This document shows positions 37,548 to 47,560 of a stretch of 64,000 nt of DNA, piece after piece. Made by a program: the position numbers and the translations under genes. This DNA is from an uncultured delta proteobacterium. GTDB lineage: Bacteria; Myxococcota; Myxococcia; Myxococcales; Anaeromyxobacteraceae. The stretch lies in contig CAWJSR010000023.1 of the NCBI GenBank assembly GCA_963845515.1, positions 160,001 through 224,000 on the forward strand, given 5' to 3'. Numbering within the stretch: position 1 is the first letter of the stretch; each line of letters opens with the position of its first letter. Under the pieces are notes generated by a model. That model was not told the DNA's origin. It did not search any database and was given only the letters and a program-made list of their open reading frames with translations.

Positions 37548-38795
37548 TCACGAGGCTCGCTTCCGCCCCTGGGCCGGTCCGTCGAGCCGTTCCCGGAACA
37601 CCGGCAGGAGCTCGTCCTCGATCCGGTAGAGGTCGTGCTGGATCCCGTTGGTGGCCGCGTTGGAGTCGAAGACGTGCTCGAAGGTGATCCCGTGCTTCTT
37701 CCAGGAGCCGACGAGCTTCTCCGCGAGGTCGAGGTACCAGCCCGGCTCAGGCGCGCGGTGGCCGCGCAGCTCGGAGCCTGGGTTGGGGCACCAGACCGTG
37801 AAGGTGCTGACGACCCCCTTGCCGGCGAGCACCTCGAGCCCCTCCAGCGTGCGCGCCTTGGGCTCGATCCCCGCGACGAAGTTGGAGCGGACGCGCCCGT
37901 GGCCGAAGACCCGGACACCGTGCTCGAGCGCGCGGACCCAGTGGTCCCACCCGCCGGAGCTGCGCGCCTTTCCTGGGCAGATGACCTCGTAGATCCGCTT
38001 GTCCCAGATCTCGAGGTTCATCGCGGTGGTGCGGAACCCGGCCTCCTTGAACCGGTCGAGGTTCCCGAGATCGAGCGGAGCGGCGACCGTCGCCGTGCCG
38101 TTGAACTGGTCTTCCCCGGTCCGCTCCCGGATGGCCTCGGCCACGTCCAGGTAGTAGTCGAGCTCACGCCGCTCCGGGATGACGCCGCCGGTCACCGTGA
38201 GGTGCTTGAAGAGCCCCTCCTGCTTCGCGGCCGCGACCGTCTCTCCGATCTGCCCGGGCGTCTTCCACTGCGCGCCGTACTTGTCGTTGAAGACGTTCTT
38301 CGTCTCGTTGATGTTGCAGAAGAGGCAGTCCTCGCCGCGGTCCTTGTAGGAGCACTCGTTGCTGTAGACGATGAAGATGTGGCCGTCCGGGTTGGCGATG
38401 GCGATGGTCTGCATCGGCTTGCCGTCCGAGGTCTTCCGGTCGTAGAAGCCGGGACGAGGATGGAACGAGACCTCGAAGACCTCGTTCGCACCCTCGGCCA
38501 GGATGAAGCGCTCCCCGTCGAGCGCGAGCCGGTAGCGCGAGCGCGGGTTCCAGCGGACCGGCACGTCGAGGCCGTTCGGCGTCACGAACTCGGAGGGGAG
38601 ATCCCCCTCGTGCGGCTCGAAGTCCATCACGAAGAGGCAGTGGATCTGCTCCTTGACCTTCTGGCCGAGCCGGAGCGCGCGCAGCGCGTCCGAATCGACC
38701 GCGACGCCGTCCGTGACGACGTCCGTCTTCACCTTCAGCTCATGCCAGAGCTTCTTCTTCAGCTCGCCCGTCGATCCGGTGCTTGCGGTGCTCAT
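37548..38795 (-). CDS. Radical SAM protein 3 (CX8CX2C, subtype B)
   Basis: NECSYKDRGEDCLFC, TGG, ICPGK, PNPGSELRGHR. Confidence 0.88.
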   Translation of the reverse strand: MSTASTGSTGELKKKLWHELKVKTDVVTDGVAVDSDALRALRLGQKVKEQIHCLFVMDFEPHEGDLPSEFVTPNGLDVPVRWNPRSRYRLALDGERFILAEGANEVFEVSFHPRPGFYDRKTSDGKPMQTIAIANPDGHIFIVYSNECSYKDRGEDCLFCNINETKNVFNDKYGAQWKTPGQIGETVAAAKQEGLFKHLTVTGGVIPERRELDYYLDVAEAIRERTGEDQFNGTATVAAPLDLGNLDRFKEAGFRTTAMNLEIWDKRIYEVICPGKARSSGGWDHWVRALEHGVRVFGHGRVRSNFVAGIEPKARTLEGLEVLAGKGVVSTFTVWCPNPGSELRGHRAPEPGWYLDLAEKLVGSWKKHGITFEHVFDSNAATNGIQHDLYRIEDELLPVFRERLDGPAQGRKRAS

Positions 38796-38819
38796 CTTCG
38801 CTCCTCCTTTCGGCGCCGC

Positions 38820-39275
38820 TCAGACTTCGATGCTCGAGACTGCCGCCGGGCCGTGCCCCTTCGAGAAGTCCACGACCTTCACCTGCTTCGGCGTGACGCG
38901 GAGGAAGGCGTTCCCGCCCAGCTCACCCTTCTCGGCCCGCTCCTTGAACCGGGGGTTGCGGATCGAGATGAGCCGGATCGCCTTCGCCCGCTCCTCCTCG
39001 GTGGCCAGCACCTCCGCGACGCCGCGGATCTCCACGTTCGCGAAGTCCTTCACCTCCTGCTGCTCGTGCTGGAAGAGGATGGAGACGTTGGGGTTCGCGG
39101 CGATCTGGCCGACCTTGTCGGAGGTCTTCCCGGTCGAGAAGTAGACGGTGAGCCCGTCTGCCGCGAAGGAGCCGAGCGCGCGGGTGGCCGGCGTGTTGGC
39201 CGGGCCGACGGTCGACAGGATGATGAAGCGGGTGTCGTTGAGGTACTGCGGGACCTGCTGACGTTCCAGCGCCAT
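38820..39275 (-). CDS. Pyridoxamine 5'-phosphate oxidase-like FMN-binding protein
   Basis: ILSTV..P.TR, VYFST..S.KV.QI..NPNVS; own GGAG RBS but in frame with the upstream MFS. Confidence 0.8.
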   Translation of the reverse strand: MALERQQVPQYLNDTRFIILSTVGPANTPATRALGSFAADGLTVYFSTGKTSDKVGQIAANPNVSILFQHEQQEVKDFANVEIRGVAEVLATEEERAKAIRLISIRNPRFKERAEKGELGGNAFLRVTPKQVKVVDFSKGHGPAAVSSIEV

Positions 39276-40499
39276 GGGGTTGCTCCCTGTGTGACGAGAA
39301 GCGGCATCGCTCGCGTCCTGCGGGCGGTCGCGGTGCCGGGTGGAGGCCGCGCGGGCGCCGGCGGCGCCCACGGCCAGGAGGATGAAGAGCGGAAGGAAGA
39401 GGAGCAGGACGTCCTGTGCCGGGACCCAGCGGCCGGCCAGCGCGCAGGCCAGCGGTCCCAGGGTCACGCCGAGCCCCGCCGCGAGCTGGAAGAGCGCGGA
39501 GATCCTGCCCTTGGCCCCCGCGAGGCTCGCGATCCAGGAGGCGACGAAGACGTGGACGAGCCCGGTCGCGACGCCGATGGCGACGCCGGCAAGCGCGAGC
39601 GAGAGCGGTCCCGAAGCGATGGCCGTGCCGACCGTCCCCGCCACGCCTGCGAGCCCCGCGACCAGCCTGAGGCGCGCCCGATCTGCGGCGAAGCGGCCGC
39701 CCAGGAACGCGGTGACGACGAAGCTCAGCCCCTCGACGATCAGGACCCGCGAGGCGACCGCTGCGTTCGCGCCGTGCACCCTGACCGCGACGACGACGAC
39801 GAAGGCGCTGAAGGCCGAGAAGGTGGCGGCGCCCAGCATCTCCGCCGCGAGCGCGGGGCGGATCGACGCCGTGCGGAGCATCGCGAGCAGCTCGGCGGCC
39901 CGGTCCGCCAGCCGAGGCCTCGGCGACGCCGCGGCGTGCGCACGCGCCCCTTCGAGCTCGGCCAACGTCACCAGCGAGGCGGAGAGGAGATGCAGCGCCA
40001 CGACGACGCCGAAGAGCGTCGGGAACCCGGCGCTGCGGCCCAGGAGGCCACCGATGAGCGGTCCGAGGAAGGTGAGCCCCACCGACATCGACGCCTTGAA
40101 CCAGCCTGCCTTCTCGATCCCGATCGACCCGAGCTTCCCGTAGAACGACGCGGTGAGGGCGGTGAACCGGAGCGGCGCGAAGAGCCCCTCCAGCCCCATC
40201 AGCAGGACGACGAGGAGGGGCGAAGGGGCGGCGGCATAGACGACGGCTATCGCCGCTCCCGCGAGCGCGCCGACCCGGAAGACGCGCCTCGCGCCGAGGT
40301 GATCGACGAGGAAGCCGATCGGGATCACGACCAGGAGCATCCCGAGCCCGCCGACGGAGCGGACGAGCCCGATCTGCGCGTTGGTCGCCCCGCCGCTCAG
40401 GGCGAGCAGCGGGACGCCGAGCTGCATCACCCCGCCGGCCGTACCGACGAGGACGTTGAGCGCGAAGAAGCCGACCGCGAGCCGGGCGCCGCGTGGCAC
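39276..40499 (-). CDS. MFS transporter (no stop seen before the PNPOx-like domain)
   Basis: GFLVDHLGARR, GGRFAADR, about 12 TM; similar to the MFS at 23621. Confidence 0.8.
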
Positions 40500-40574
40500 G
40501 GACGGCGACGCCTTCGCCCGGGAGCGGCCCGGCGGTGTCGAGCGAGATGGCCACGGGGTCCCGGTCCGATGCCG

Positions 40575-41802
40575 CTACTCGAACATCTCCATGAAGGCCT
40601 TGAGGCGCGTGACGTTCTGACCGGTCGGGACGCCGGTCTGGAAGGAGCCGTCGAGGATCAGGGACGGGATTCCGACCGCGTTGAAGTGCTTCTTCAGCAC
40701 CTCGAAGTTGACCGAGCTGAAGGAGCACCCGAAGTAGCCGTAGAAGATGATCCCCTTCGAGCCGGTCCTCTGGAGGGCGGTCTCGAGGTGGGGGAGCTGG
40801 TCCTTCGAGCCGCCGGGGCCGCCCATCCCGATGACCGTGTTCCGGGCGACGGCACGGAGGGGACGCAGGCTCTCGTCGTAGTCGCGCAGGAGCAGGCCGG
40901 TCATCGTCCAGCTGGAGATGTAGCCGTTCAGGTCGTCGAAGAGCTTGTAGAGGCCGAACTCCTGGCCGCGCCCGCCGGCCCAGATGATGGGCACCCGCGT
41001 CGACTCGACGCCGCGCTTCGCGTACCGCTCCAGCTCGTCGGTGAGCTGATCGAGCAGCTCTTCGTACTCTCCGGGTACACCGTAGTTGTGGTTGGCGCCG
41101 TTCCAGACGAAGAGCGTCTCGAGCGTGCCGATGTAGTCGGGGTTGGCGACCTGGAGCTCCAGGATCCGCCGCACCTTGGCGTGAAGGCGGTTGAGCCGAC
41201 GAGTCTCCTGTCCGAGCCGCGCTTCGTCGTAGGCCCCTCCGAGCCACGTCGCGAGGCCGAGCAGCTCCTGCTCGGCGAAGTCGACCAGGCTCTCGAAGCG
41301 CTCCCCTTCGACGCCCTCGGCGCGGTAGGGCAGGTCGACCGAGTAGATGTCGTACCCCTCGTCCTTGAGCACCTCGAAGGCGGCGTTGTAGGGCTCACAG
41401 AGCGAGCAGTAGTTGATGAGCCGCTTGAAGAGCGCCTTCCGCTTGAGCAGCTCCCCCATGGTGGCCTTCACCATGGAGCAGGTCTCGCGGGCGATGCGGA
41501 AGTAGTCCTCCGCGAGCGCGACCGAGCCGTCTCCGGCGAGGCGGCCGAGCTCGGGGAAGACGCACGGGAAGGTGTCCGTGGCGTGGATGATCGGGGCGTC
41601 GGTCATGCCGCCGCCGTAGACCACCTTGCGCCCCTGGCTGGTGAGCCTCGTCCGCGCGCTGGATGTAGGTGAGCGCCAGGTCGAAGATCCGGTCGACCGC
41701 GGGGGATCCGGTGCGGGACTTGAGGTAGTCGATCTGGCCGAGCTCGGCGTGCTCTGGGCGGCGCGAGAGCTGGACGACTGGGCTAAGCGGGGACGCGGAC
41801 AT
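40575..41802 (-). CDS. 2-hydroxyacyl-CoA dehydratase / BcrB-family subunit with apparent frameshift at ~41638
   Basis: ETCSMVK, CSLCEPY, DLP, FGCSF, GIPSLILDG, TRLKAFMEM. Confidence 0.78.
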
Positions 41803-42895
41803 CGGTCTCTCCCTTCTTGAGCAGCTCGAGGAACGCGCCGACCCGGGTCCGGAGCTGCCCCAGGTCGCTCTCCGAGTAGTCGGATGAGAGCTCCAGGACG
41901 GGGATCCCGAGCTTCTCGAAGCGCTTCGCGAAGGTGTTCCCGGTGATCGCGTAGCAGCTGCAGAACTTGAGGCTCACGTAGACGATGGCGTCGACCCGGT
42001 ACTCCCGGGCTAGCTGCTCGCTGAAGTCGAGCCGCTCGGTGAGCGGCTTCATGCGCGCGCAAGGGGCGGAGTCGAGGTAGCCGTCCGACAGCGCCTGGAG
42101 CGGAGGGACGTCCTCGGGGATCTGGCCGTAGAACGGCCGGAGGCCGGTGCAGTGGTCCTCGACCACGATCCGGGTGTCGAGCTCGTCTTCCAGGAGCTCC
42201 TCGAGCCTGTGGTCGCCGTCGGCGACGATGCCGCCGGAGACCATGATCCGAAGCGGGCGTTCGCCAGAAGGCTGCTCTGCCGTGAGCTGGCCGAGCAGCC
42301 GCTCGAAGTGCTCGGTGCTCTTCTCGATCGGCAGGTAGTAGAAGGCCTTCACCAACTCCAGATATTCGCCGCCGGTGATCGGTGGATCGTCCCGCTTGCG
42401 CAGCTCGGAGATCGCCTTCAGCAGCCGGCGCGCGCGGTTGTAGCGCGAGATCTCGGCCCGCAGCCCGCTCTCGGTGACCCGGTTGCCGGTCAGCTCCTCC
42501 ACGTCCTTCTGCATGAACGCGACCTCCCGGCGCATGAACTCGCGGGAGGCGGTCCGGTTCCGCTCGCGAGGGAGGCAGAGCATCCGGTACGGCACGTCGA
42601 AGAACTCACCGATCGCCTCGACCCCCTTCTTCATCTGGTCGCAGGTGTTGAAGTGGTAGAGCTTGTCGATCGACGTGTAGAGGGGGTCCCCCTCGCGGAA
42701 CGCACCGACGCTGTACTGCGCGAACTGGCAGAAGAAGCTGCGGGTGTGGACCTCGCCGCTGTTGACCGTGTTGGCGTCGCCACCCTTGAAGAGGCGCACC
42801 GGCGTCGCGCCGGCCGCGGCGATCAGCTCGGCCGGCGTGTAGACGCAGAAGTACCCGGCGCGCTTCGGCGCGCCCCCGCTGCTAGCTGGCGTCAC
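41783..42895 (-). CDS. 2-hydroxyacyl-CoA dehydratase / double-cubane-like subunit
   Basis: GYFCVYTPAELI.AAG, TCDQMKK, EDHCTG, PCARM, KFC, LRTRVGAFLE; AAGGAGG RBS before GTG 42895. Confidence 0.85.
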   Translation of the reverse strand: MTPASSGGAPKRAGYFCVYTPAELIAAAGATPVRLFKGGDANTVNSGEVHTRSFFCQFAQYSVGAFREGDPLYTSIDKLYHFNTCDQMKKGVEAIGEFFDVPYRMLCLPRERNRTASREFMRREVAFMQKDVEELTGNRVTESGLRAEISRYNRARRLLKAISELRKRDDPPITGGEYLELVKAFYYLPIEKSTEHFERLLGQLTAEQPSGERPLRIMVSGGIVADGDHRLEELLEDELDTRIVVEDHCTGLRPFYGQIPEDVPPLQALSDGYLDSAPCARMKPLTERLDFSEQLAREYRVDAIVYVSLKFCSCYAITGNTFAKRFEKLGIPVLELSSDYSESDLGQLRTRVGAFLELLKKGETDVRVPA

Positions 42896-43775
42896 TGAGG
42901 ACCTCCTTCGCACGCCCCAGGTCGTGGCGGAGCGAGCCGAGCAGGTCGCGATCCTTGCGGCGGTGCTCCCGCTTCGCCACCTGGTTCTCCGAGTACTCAC
43001 GCGCGTAGACCGCAGCGCCGAGGGCGCCCGCGTACTGGGCGTCGAGCGAGAGATCGACGAAGTTGGCCTTCGTCACCTCCTCCAGCGCGCGCCGCATCCC
43101 CCTGTTCTTGGAGACGCCCCCCGTGAAGACGACGTCCGACTCGATCCCGACGCGGGAGAGGAGGTTACCGACGCGCCGCGCCACGGAGAGGTGGACGCCC
43201 GCCGCGATGTCCGCCTGGCTGACGTCCTGCGCCTTCAGCGAGATGACCTCGGACTCGGCGAAGACGACGCACTGGCTCGTCACCTTCACGATCCTGGTGG
43301 ACTGCAGCGAGACCTCGCCGAGCTGCTCGACCGGGAGGTTGATCGACGCGGCGATCATCTCCAGGAACTTCCCCGTGCCGGCGGCGCACTTGTCGTTGAG
43401 CACGAAGCCCGCGACCTTGCCGTTTCGCGGGTCGACCTTGATCGCCTTCGAGTCCTGGCCGCCGATGTCGACGATGGTCCGGACGTTGGGGTGCAGGTAG
43501 TGCGCGCCCTTCGCGTGGCAGGAGATCTCGGTCACGTCCCCGTAAGGGATCCCCTCGAAGCCGAGGGTGATCCGGCCGTAGCCAGTCCCGACGATGTAGG
43601 CGAGCTCACCCTTCGTCGTGCGCCCCTTCTGGAGCAGCTCTTCTACGAGGGCGTCGCCGGTCTCCTGCATGTTGAAGCCGGTCGGCCGAATGGCAGTGAA
43701 GATCTCGCTGCCGACCAGCAGCACGCCCTTGGCCGTGCGCGATCCGATGTCCAGCCCCAGCACTCTCTTGGTCAT
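42882..43775 (-). CDS. HgdC/BadF-type ATP-dependent activase (ASKHA, [4Fe-4S])
   Basis: GLDIGS..AK, GTGYGR, TEISCHAKG, DIGGQDSK, NDKCAAGTG.FLE, CVVFAESEV, TGGV. Confidence 0.93.
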   Translation of the reverse strand: MTKRVLGLDIGSRTAKGVLLVGSEIFTAIRPTGFNMQETGDALVEELLQKGRTTKGELAYIVGTGYGRITLGFEGIPYGDVTEISCHAKGAHYLHPNVRTIVDIGGQDSKAIKVDPRNGKVAGFVLNDKCAAGTGKFLEMIAASINLPVEQLGEVSLQSTRIVKVTSQCVVFAESEVISLKAQDVSQADIAAGVHLSVARRVGNLLSRVGIESDVVFTGGVSKNRGMRRALEEVTKANFVDLSLDAQYAGALGAAVYAREYSENQVAKREHRRKDRDLLGSLRHDLGRAKEVLSDAS

Positions 43776-43840
43776 GTCCGGCTCTTTCGCGGTCCGCGAC
43801 GAAGTGACGGCGCGGTTCGTGGTGCGTGAGGGGCGGGAGT

Positions 43841-43857
43841 CTGCAAGCGACGTGCGC
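43841..43857 (-). promoter_or_regulatory. sigma54-like element (non-canonical)
   Basis: GCGCACG-tcgc-TTGCAG on the minus strand upstream of the activase. Confidence 0.5.
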
Positions 43858-44026
43858 GCCCTTCGGCGAGCCAACGGCGCGCACGAAGAGCCATTCGAGC
43901 GGGCTCGGCGCCGCCGCCCGTCGGGGGGCACGGGGCGCCCAGCGCCAGTGACGGAGGCCCGTCCGCGATCACGGACGCCAGCGAGGCAGCGCGCCCAGAC
44001 CTCTGCGGCGCAAGCTCGGGCGCTAC

Positions 44027-44050
44027 TTGACGGCCGTCCGCCATAACGGA
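44027..44050 (+). promoter_or_regulatory. metK promoter with 14-bp sulfur box
   Basis: TTGACG 44027-44032; TCCGCCATAACGGA 44037-44050. Confidence 0.75.
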
Positions 44051-44134
44051 TAGACAGTACGGAGCCTCGCGCCGTCGTCTCGCGAGCCGATTCCCGGTCA
44101 CCTTCGACCGCCGAAACCACACGGAGCCGCACCG

Positions 44135-45283
44135 ATGCCGACCCATCACCTGTTCACCAGCGAGTCCGTCTCCGAGGGGCACCCGGACAAGGTCGCCGAT
44201 CGGATCTCCGATGAGCTCCTAGACGGCTACCTTCGCGAGGCGCCGAAGGCGCGCGTCGCGATCGAGACGCTCGTCACCACCGACCGCGTCGTCGTCGCCG
44301 GCGAGGTTCGCGGCGCGGAGGTTGGGCTGGAGGCGCTCGCGCGGAAGGCCATCCGCGACGTGGGCTACGCCGCGCCGGGCTTCCACTGGGAGACGCTCCG
44401 CTTCGAGTCACACGTCCACGCGCAGTCGGCGGAGATCGCACAGGGAGTGGACCGGGAAGACGGCGAGGAGGGGGCAGGCGACCAGGGGCTCATGTTCGGC
44501 TTCGCGTGCAGGGAGACGCCGGAGCTGATGCCGGCCCCGCTTCAGTACTCGCACCGGATCCTCGAGAAGTTCGCCGAGCGCCGTAAGGCTGGCGACAAGG
44601 ATCTGGGCCCCGACGCGAAGTCGCAGCTCACCGTCGAGTACGTGGACGCCAAGCCGGTCCGCGTCCACACGGCCGTCGTCTCGCACCAGCACGTGGCCAG
44701 CCTCTCCAACGCCGCCCTCCGGGACCTCGTCGGAGAGGTCCTGAAGGAGGTGCTGCCCGAGGGCTGGCTGACGGGGGACACCCGGATCCTGGTGAACCCT
44801 ACCGGCTCCTTCGTCCACGGCGGTCCCGCCGCCGACACCGGCCTCACCGGCCGGAAGATCATCGTCGACACCTACGGCGGCGCGGCTCCCCACGGCGGCG
44901 GCGCCTTCTCCGGCAAGGATCCGAGCAAGGTCGATCGCTCCGCGGCGTACGCCGCCCGCTACGTGGCCAAGAACGTGGTGGCGTCCGGCCTCGCGGACCG
45001 CTGCCTCATCCAGATCGCCTACGCGATCGGCGTCGCGGAGCCGCTGGCCCTCTATGTCGACACGCAGGGGACCGGAAAGGTGCCCGACGCGAAGATCGCC
45101 GAGGCCGTCCGGAGGACCGTCTCGCTCACGCCGCGGGCCATCCGGGAGCGGCTGGCCCTGACGAAGCCCATCTACGCCCGGACCGCCGCCTACGGCCACT
45201 TCGGCCGGACGCCGACGCCGGACGGCGGCTTCTCGTGGGAGCGGACCGATCTGGCGGACACGCTGCGCGCTGCGGTGGGGTAG
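44135..45283 (+). CDS. metK: S-adenosylmethionine synthetase
   Basis: [42 protein letters not shown]. Confidence 0.98.
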   Translation: MPTHHLFTSESVSEGHPDKVADRISDELLDGYLREAPKARVAIETLVTTDRVVVAGEVRGAEVGLEALARKAIRDVGYAAPGFHWETLRFESHVHAQSAEIAQGVDREDGEEGAGDQGLMFGFACRETPELMPAPLQYSHRILEKFAERRKAGDKDLGPDAKSQLTVEYVDAKPVRVHTAVVSHQHVASLSNAALRDLVGEVLKEVLPEGWLTGDTRILVNPTGSFVHGGPAADTGLTGRKIIVDTYGGAAPHGGGAFSGKDPSKVDRSAAYAARYVAKNVVASGLADRCLIQIAYAIGVAEPLALYVDTQGTGKVPDAKIAEAVRRTVSLTPRAIRERLALTKPIYARTAAYGHFGRTPTPDGGFSWERTDLADTLRAAVG

Positions 45284-45286
45284 GGG

Positions 45287-46546
45287 ATGGCTGGCGCGGC
45301 GGCCGTGCTGCCGTCTCAACAGTCCGAGCTCCACGACGAGATCCTCCTGTCGACCGAGCTCTACGTTGAAGGGATCTCCGTCGCTGACGAGGACCTCGCC
45401 CGGTTCGCCGTCGGCACCGAGGTCAACGAGCAGCGGCACCTGCTCTTCGACATGAACCGGCGCCATCGCAGGGAGGTCCTGCTTCCCACGGAGCTCTTCC
45501 TGCCGCGCGGCAGCGCGGTCCTCTTCCGCTGGGACGCCGGCTCCCGGTTCTCCCTGCGCGCGGTGGACGGGAGGGCGGTCGTCTTCAGGGACGGGAAGCC
45601 CATCTCCGAGGTCGAGCTCTTCCGCCGCCCTGCGATCAACGACTCCGTGACGAGCGACGGGACGGCCTTCAACAAGCTCGCGTCCTTCTGTCACGAAGGG
45701 AGCGTCCACTTCTTCTTCAGCAACGAGTGCGCGCTGAAGGGGACGGGAGACGACTGCAAGTTCTGCAACATCAACTCGACCGCCGCGGCTTTCGGAGACC
45801 ATACGGTCTTCTTCAAGAGTGCGCGGCAACTCGGCGAGGTCTACGCCGAGGCGTTTCAGTCCGGGTGGGCGAACCACGCCCGGCTCACCGGCGGCTTCAT
45901 CCCGGAGCGCCGCGAGGTCGAGTACTACCTGGACGTCGCCGAGGAGTTCAAGGAACGAACGGGTCAGGAGTCTCTTCACGCCCTCACGGTCATCGGGGCG
46001 CCGCACGACCTCACGGTCATCGAGAAGTACAAGGAGGCGGGCTGGAGCAACCTGGCGATCAACATCGAGATCTGGAACGAGAAGATCTTCAACGTGATCT
46101 GCCCGGGGAAGTCGAAGCAGTTCGGGGGGTGGAAGAGCTGGCTGCGGGCGCTCGAATATGCGGCGGAGGTCTTCGGCAAGGGGAACGTCCGCTCGAGCAT
46201 CGTGTCGGGCCTGGAGCCGAAGGACTCGACGCTGGAGGGGGTGGAGCACCTGGCCTCTCTCGGCGTCATCGCGTTCCCCGGGCCGTGGATCCCCAACCCC
46301 GGCTCGGCTCTGGAGGGGCACCGGACGCCGGAGCCTTCCTGGCACTACGACGTGATCCGGAAGTCGGCGGCGATCTACGAGCGGCACGGCTTCACGACCG
46401 AGCAGCTCTATTCGTGCGGTGGTTGGCAAACTCCGTTCATCGACACCTTCCGCGTGAACAAGGGGGAAGCCGTGGACGGAAGGCTGCCGCTCTGGAAGTT
46501 CCCCGATCGGAGGACCGCCGGCGCAGGTCGGCAGGGGCGAAGCTGA
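45287..46546 (+). CDS. Radical SAM protein 4 (CX8CX2C, subtype A)
   Basis: NECALKGTGDDCKFC, TGG, ICPGK, PNPGSALEGHR. Confidence 0.88.
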   Translation: MAGAAAVLPSQQSELHDEILLSTELYVEGISVADEDLARFAVGTEVNEQRHLLFDMNRRHRREVLLPTELFLPRGSAVLFRWDAGSRFSLRAVDGRAVVFRDGKPISEVELFRRPAINDSVTSDGTAFNKLASFCHEGSVHFFFSNECALKGTGDDCKFCNINSTAAAFGDHTVFFKSARQLGEVYAEAFQSGWANHARLTGGFIPERREVEYYLDVAEEFKERTGQESLHALTVIGAPHDLTVIEKYKEAGWSNLAINIEIWNEKIFNVICPGKSKQFGGWKSWLRALEYAAEVFGKGNVRSSIVSGLEPKDSTLEGVEHLASLGVIAFPGPWIPNPGSALEGHRTPEPSWHYDVIRKSAAIYERHGFTTEQLYSCGGWQTPFIDTFRVNKGEAVDGRLPLWKFPDRRTAGAGRQGRS

Positions 46547-46549
46547 GCG

Positions 46550-46596
46550 ATGCGGATCTGCTTCTTCGGCGACAGCTTCGTCGCTGGCGTAGGCCT
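46550..46596 (+). pseudogene. Remnant N-terminus of an SGNH/GDSL hydrolase
   Basis: MRICFFGDSFVAGVG (block I) followed by sequence with no SGNH resemblance. Confidence 0.45.
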
Positions 46597-46720
46597 CCGG
46601 CGACGGCGCGCATCCGGGCGCGCGCGGATACGCGCTGATCTCGGAGGCGGTGGAGTCCTGGTCGGCGTGGAGGGCCTGGATTCCCTGACCCCACCAGCGC
46701 ACCTACATGCTGCGAGAGCG

Positions 46721-47421
46721 ATGAGCGCGATCAAGGCGATCTCCTTCGACGGGGACATGACCCTCTGGGACTTCGAGAGGGTCATGCGCCATTCCCTCGG
46801 CCACGCCTTGGCGGAGCTGCGGGAGCGCCGACAGTGTTCTGCGACCGAGCGGATGACCGTCGACGCGATGATCGAGATTCGCAACGGCGTGGCGGCGGAG
46901 AGCTCAAGGGGAAGGTGACTCACCTCGAGGAGCTCCGCTTTCGCGCCTTCGAGCGCACCGTCGAGCGGGTCGGCGGCGCTGATCGTCGGCTGGCGTCCGA
47001 ACTGAACGCGGTCTACCTGAAGCACCGCTTCGAGGACGTCGAGCTGTACGACGACGTGGCGCCGGCGCTCGATCTGCTGGGGAGACGCTTTCTCCTCGGG
47101 TTGATCTCGAACGGGAACGGGTATCCGGAGCGCTGTGGGCTCGGTGAGCGGTTCGCCTTCGTCGTCTTCTCGCAGGACGTGGGGGTCGAGAAGCCAGCCC
47201 CCGGGATCTTCCACGCCGCGTGCCGTCGGGCGGGCTGCGACCCGCAGGAACTCCTGCACGTCGGTGACTCCCTCGAATCGGACGTCCTGGGAGCGAACGA
47301 GGTCGGCGCTGTATCGGTGTGGCTGAATCGCGGAGGAGCGTCGAACGCGTCGCGCATCCGGCCTCGCTTCGAGGTGTCTTCGCTGACCGAGTTGCGCTCG
47401 ATCCTGGAGCCCCCGCCATGA
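46721..47421 (+). CDS. HAD-family hydrolase with apparent frameshift at ~46905
   Basis: IKAISFDGDMTLWD in one frame; ISNGN, EKP.PGIF, HVGDSLESDV in another. Confidence 0.8.
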
Positions 47422-47522
47422 GCGTCGTGCCGCGAGCCCGAAGCGCCTGGGCGCATGGCGCCTCCCGCACGGTCAGGCCGCCGAGGAATCCGCCCGGCGG
47501 CGAGACGAGTCGCGGAGTCCGC

Positions 47523-47553
47523 TTGACCGGACCGAGCGTCCGTTATATAGGAT
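47523..47553 (+). promoter_or_regulatory. sigma70 promoter with sulfur box over the -10
   Basis: TTGACC 47523-47528; TCCGTTATATAGGA 47539-47552. Confidence 0.78.
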
Positions 47554-47560
47554 GCCGGTC

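Noticed and set aside
37497..41672. 1391-aa plus-strand ORF (also 56048-59050 and other long shadow ORFs)
   Set aside because: Antisense or alternate frames of clear genes, expected at this GC content; no recognisable motifs
41783..43775. Activase-dehydratase fusion broken by a frameshift
   Set aside because: A strong AAGGAGG RBS precedes GTG 42895, so separate genes are sufficient; a fusion is not fully excluded
44050..44134. SAM riboswitch upstream of metK
   Set aside because: Leader is short and no S-box core is recognisable; a protein-binding box is present instead
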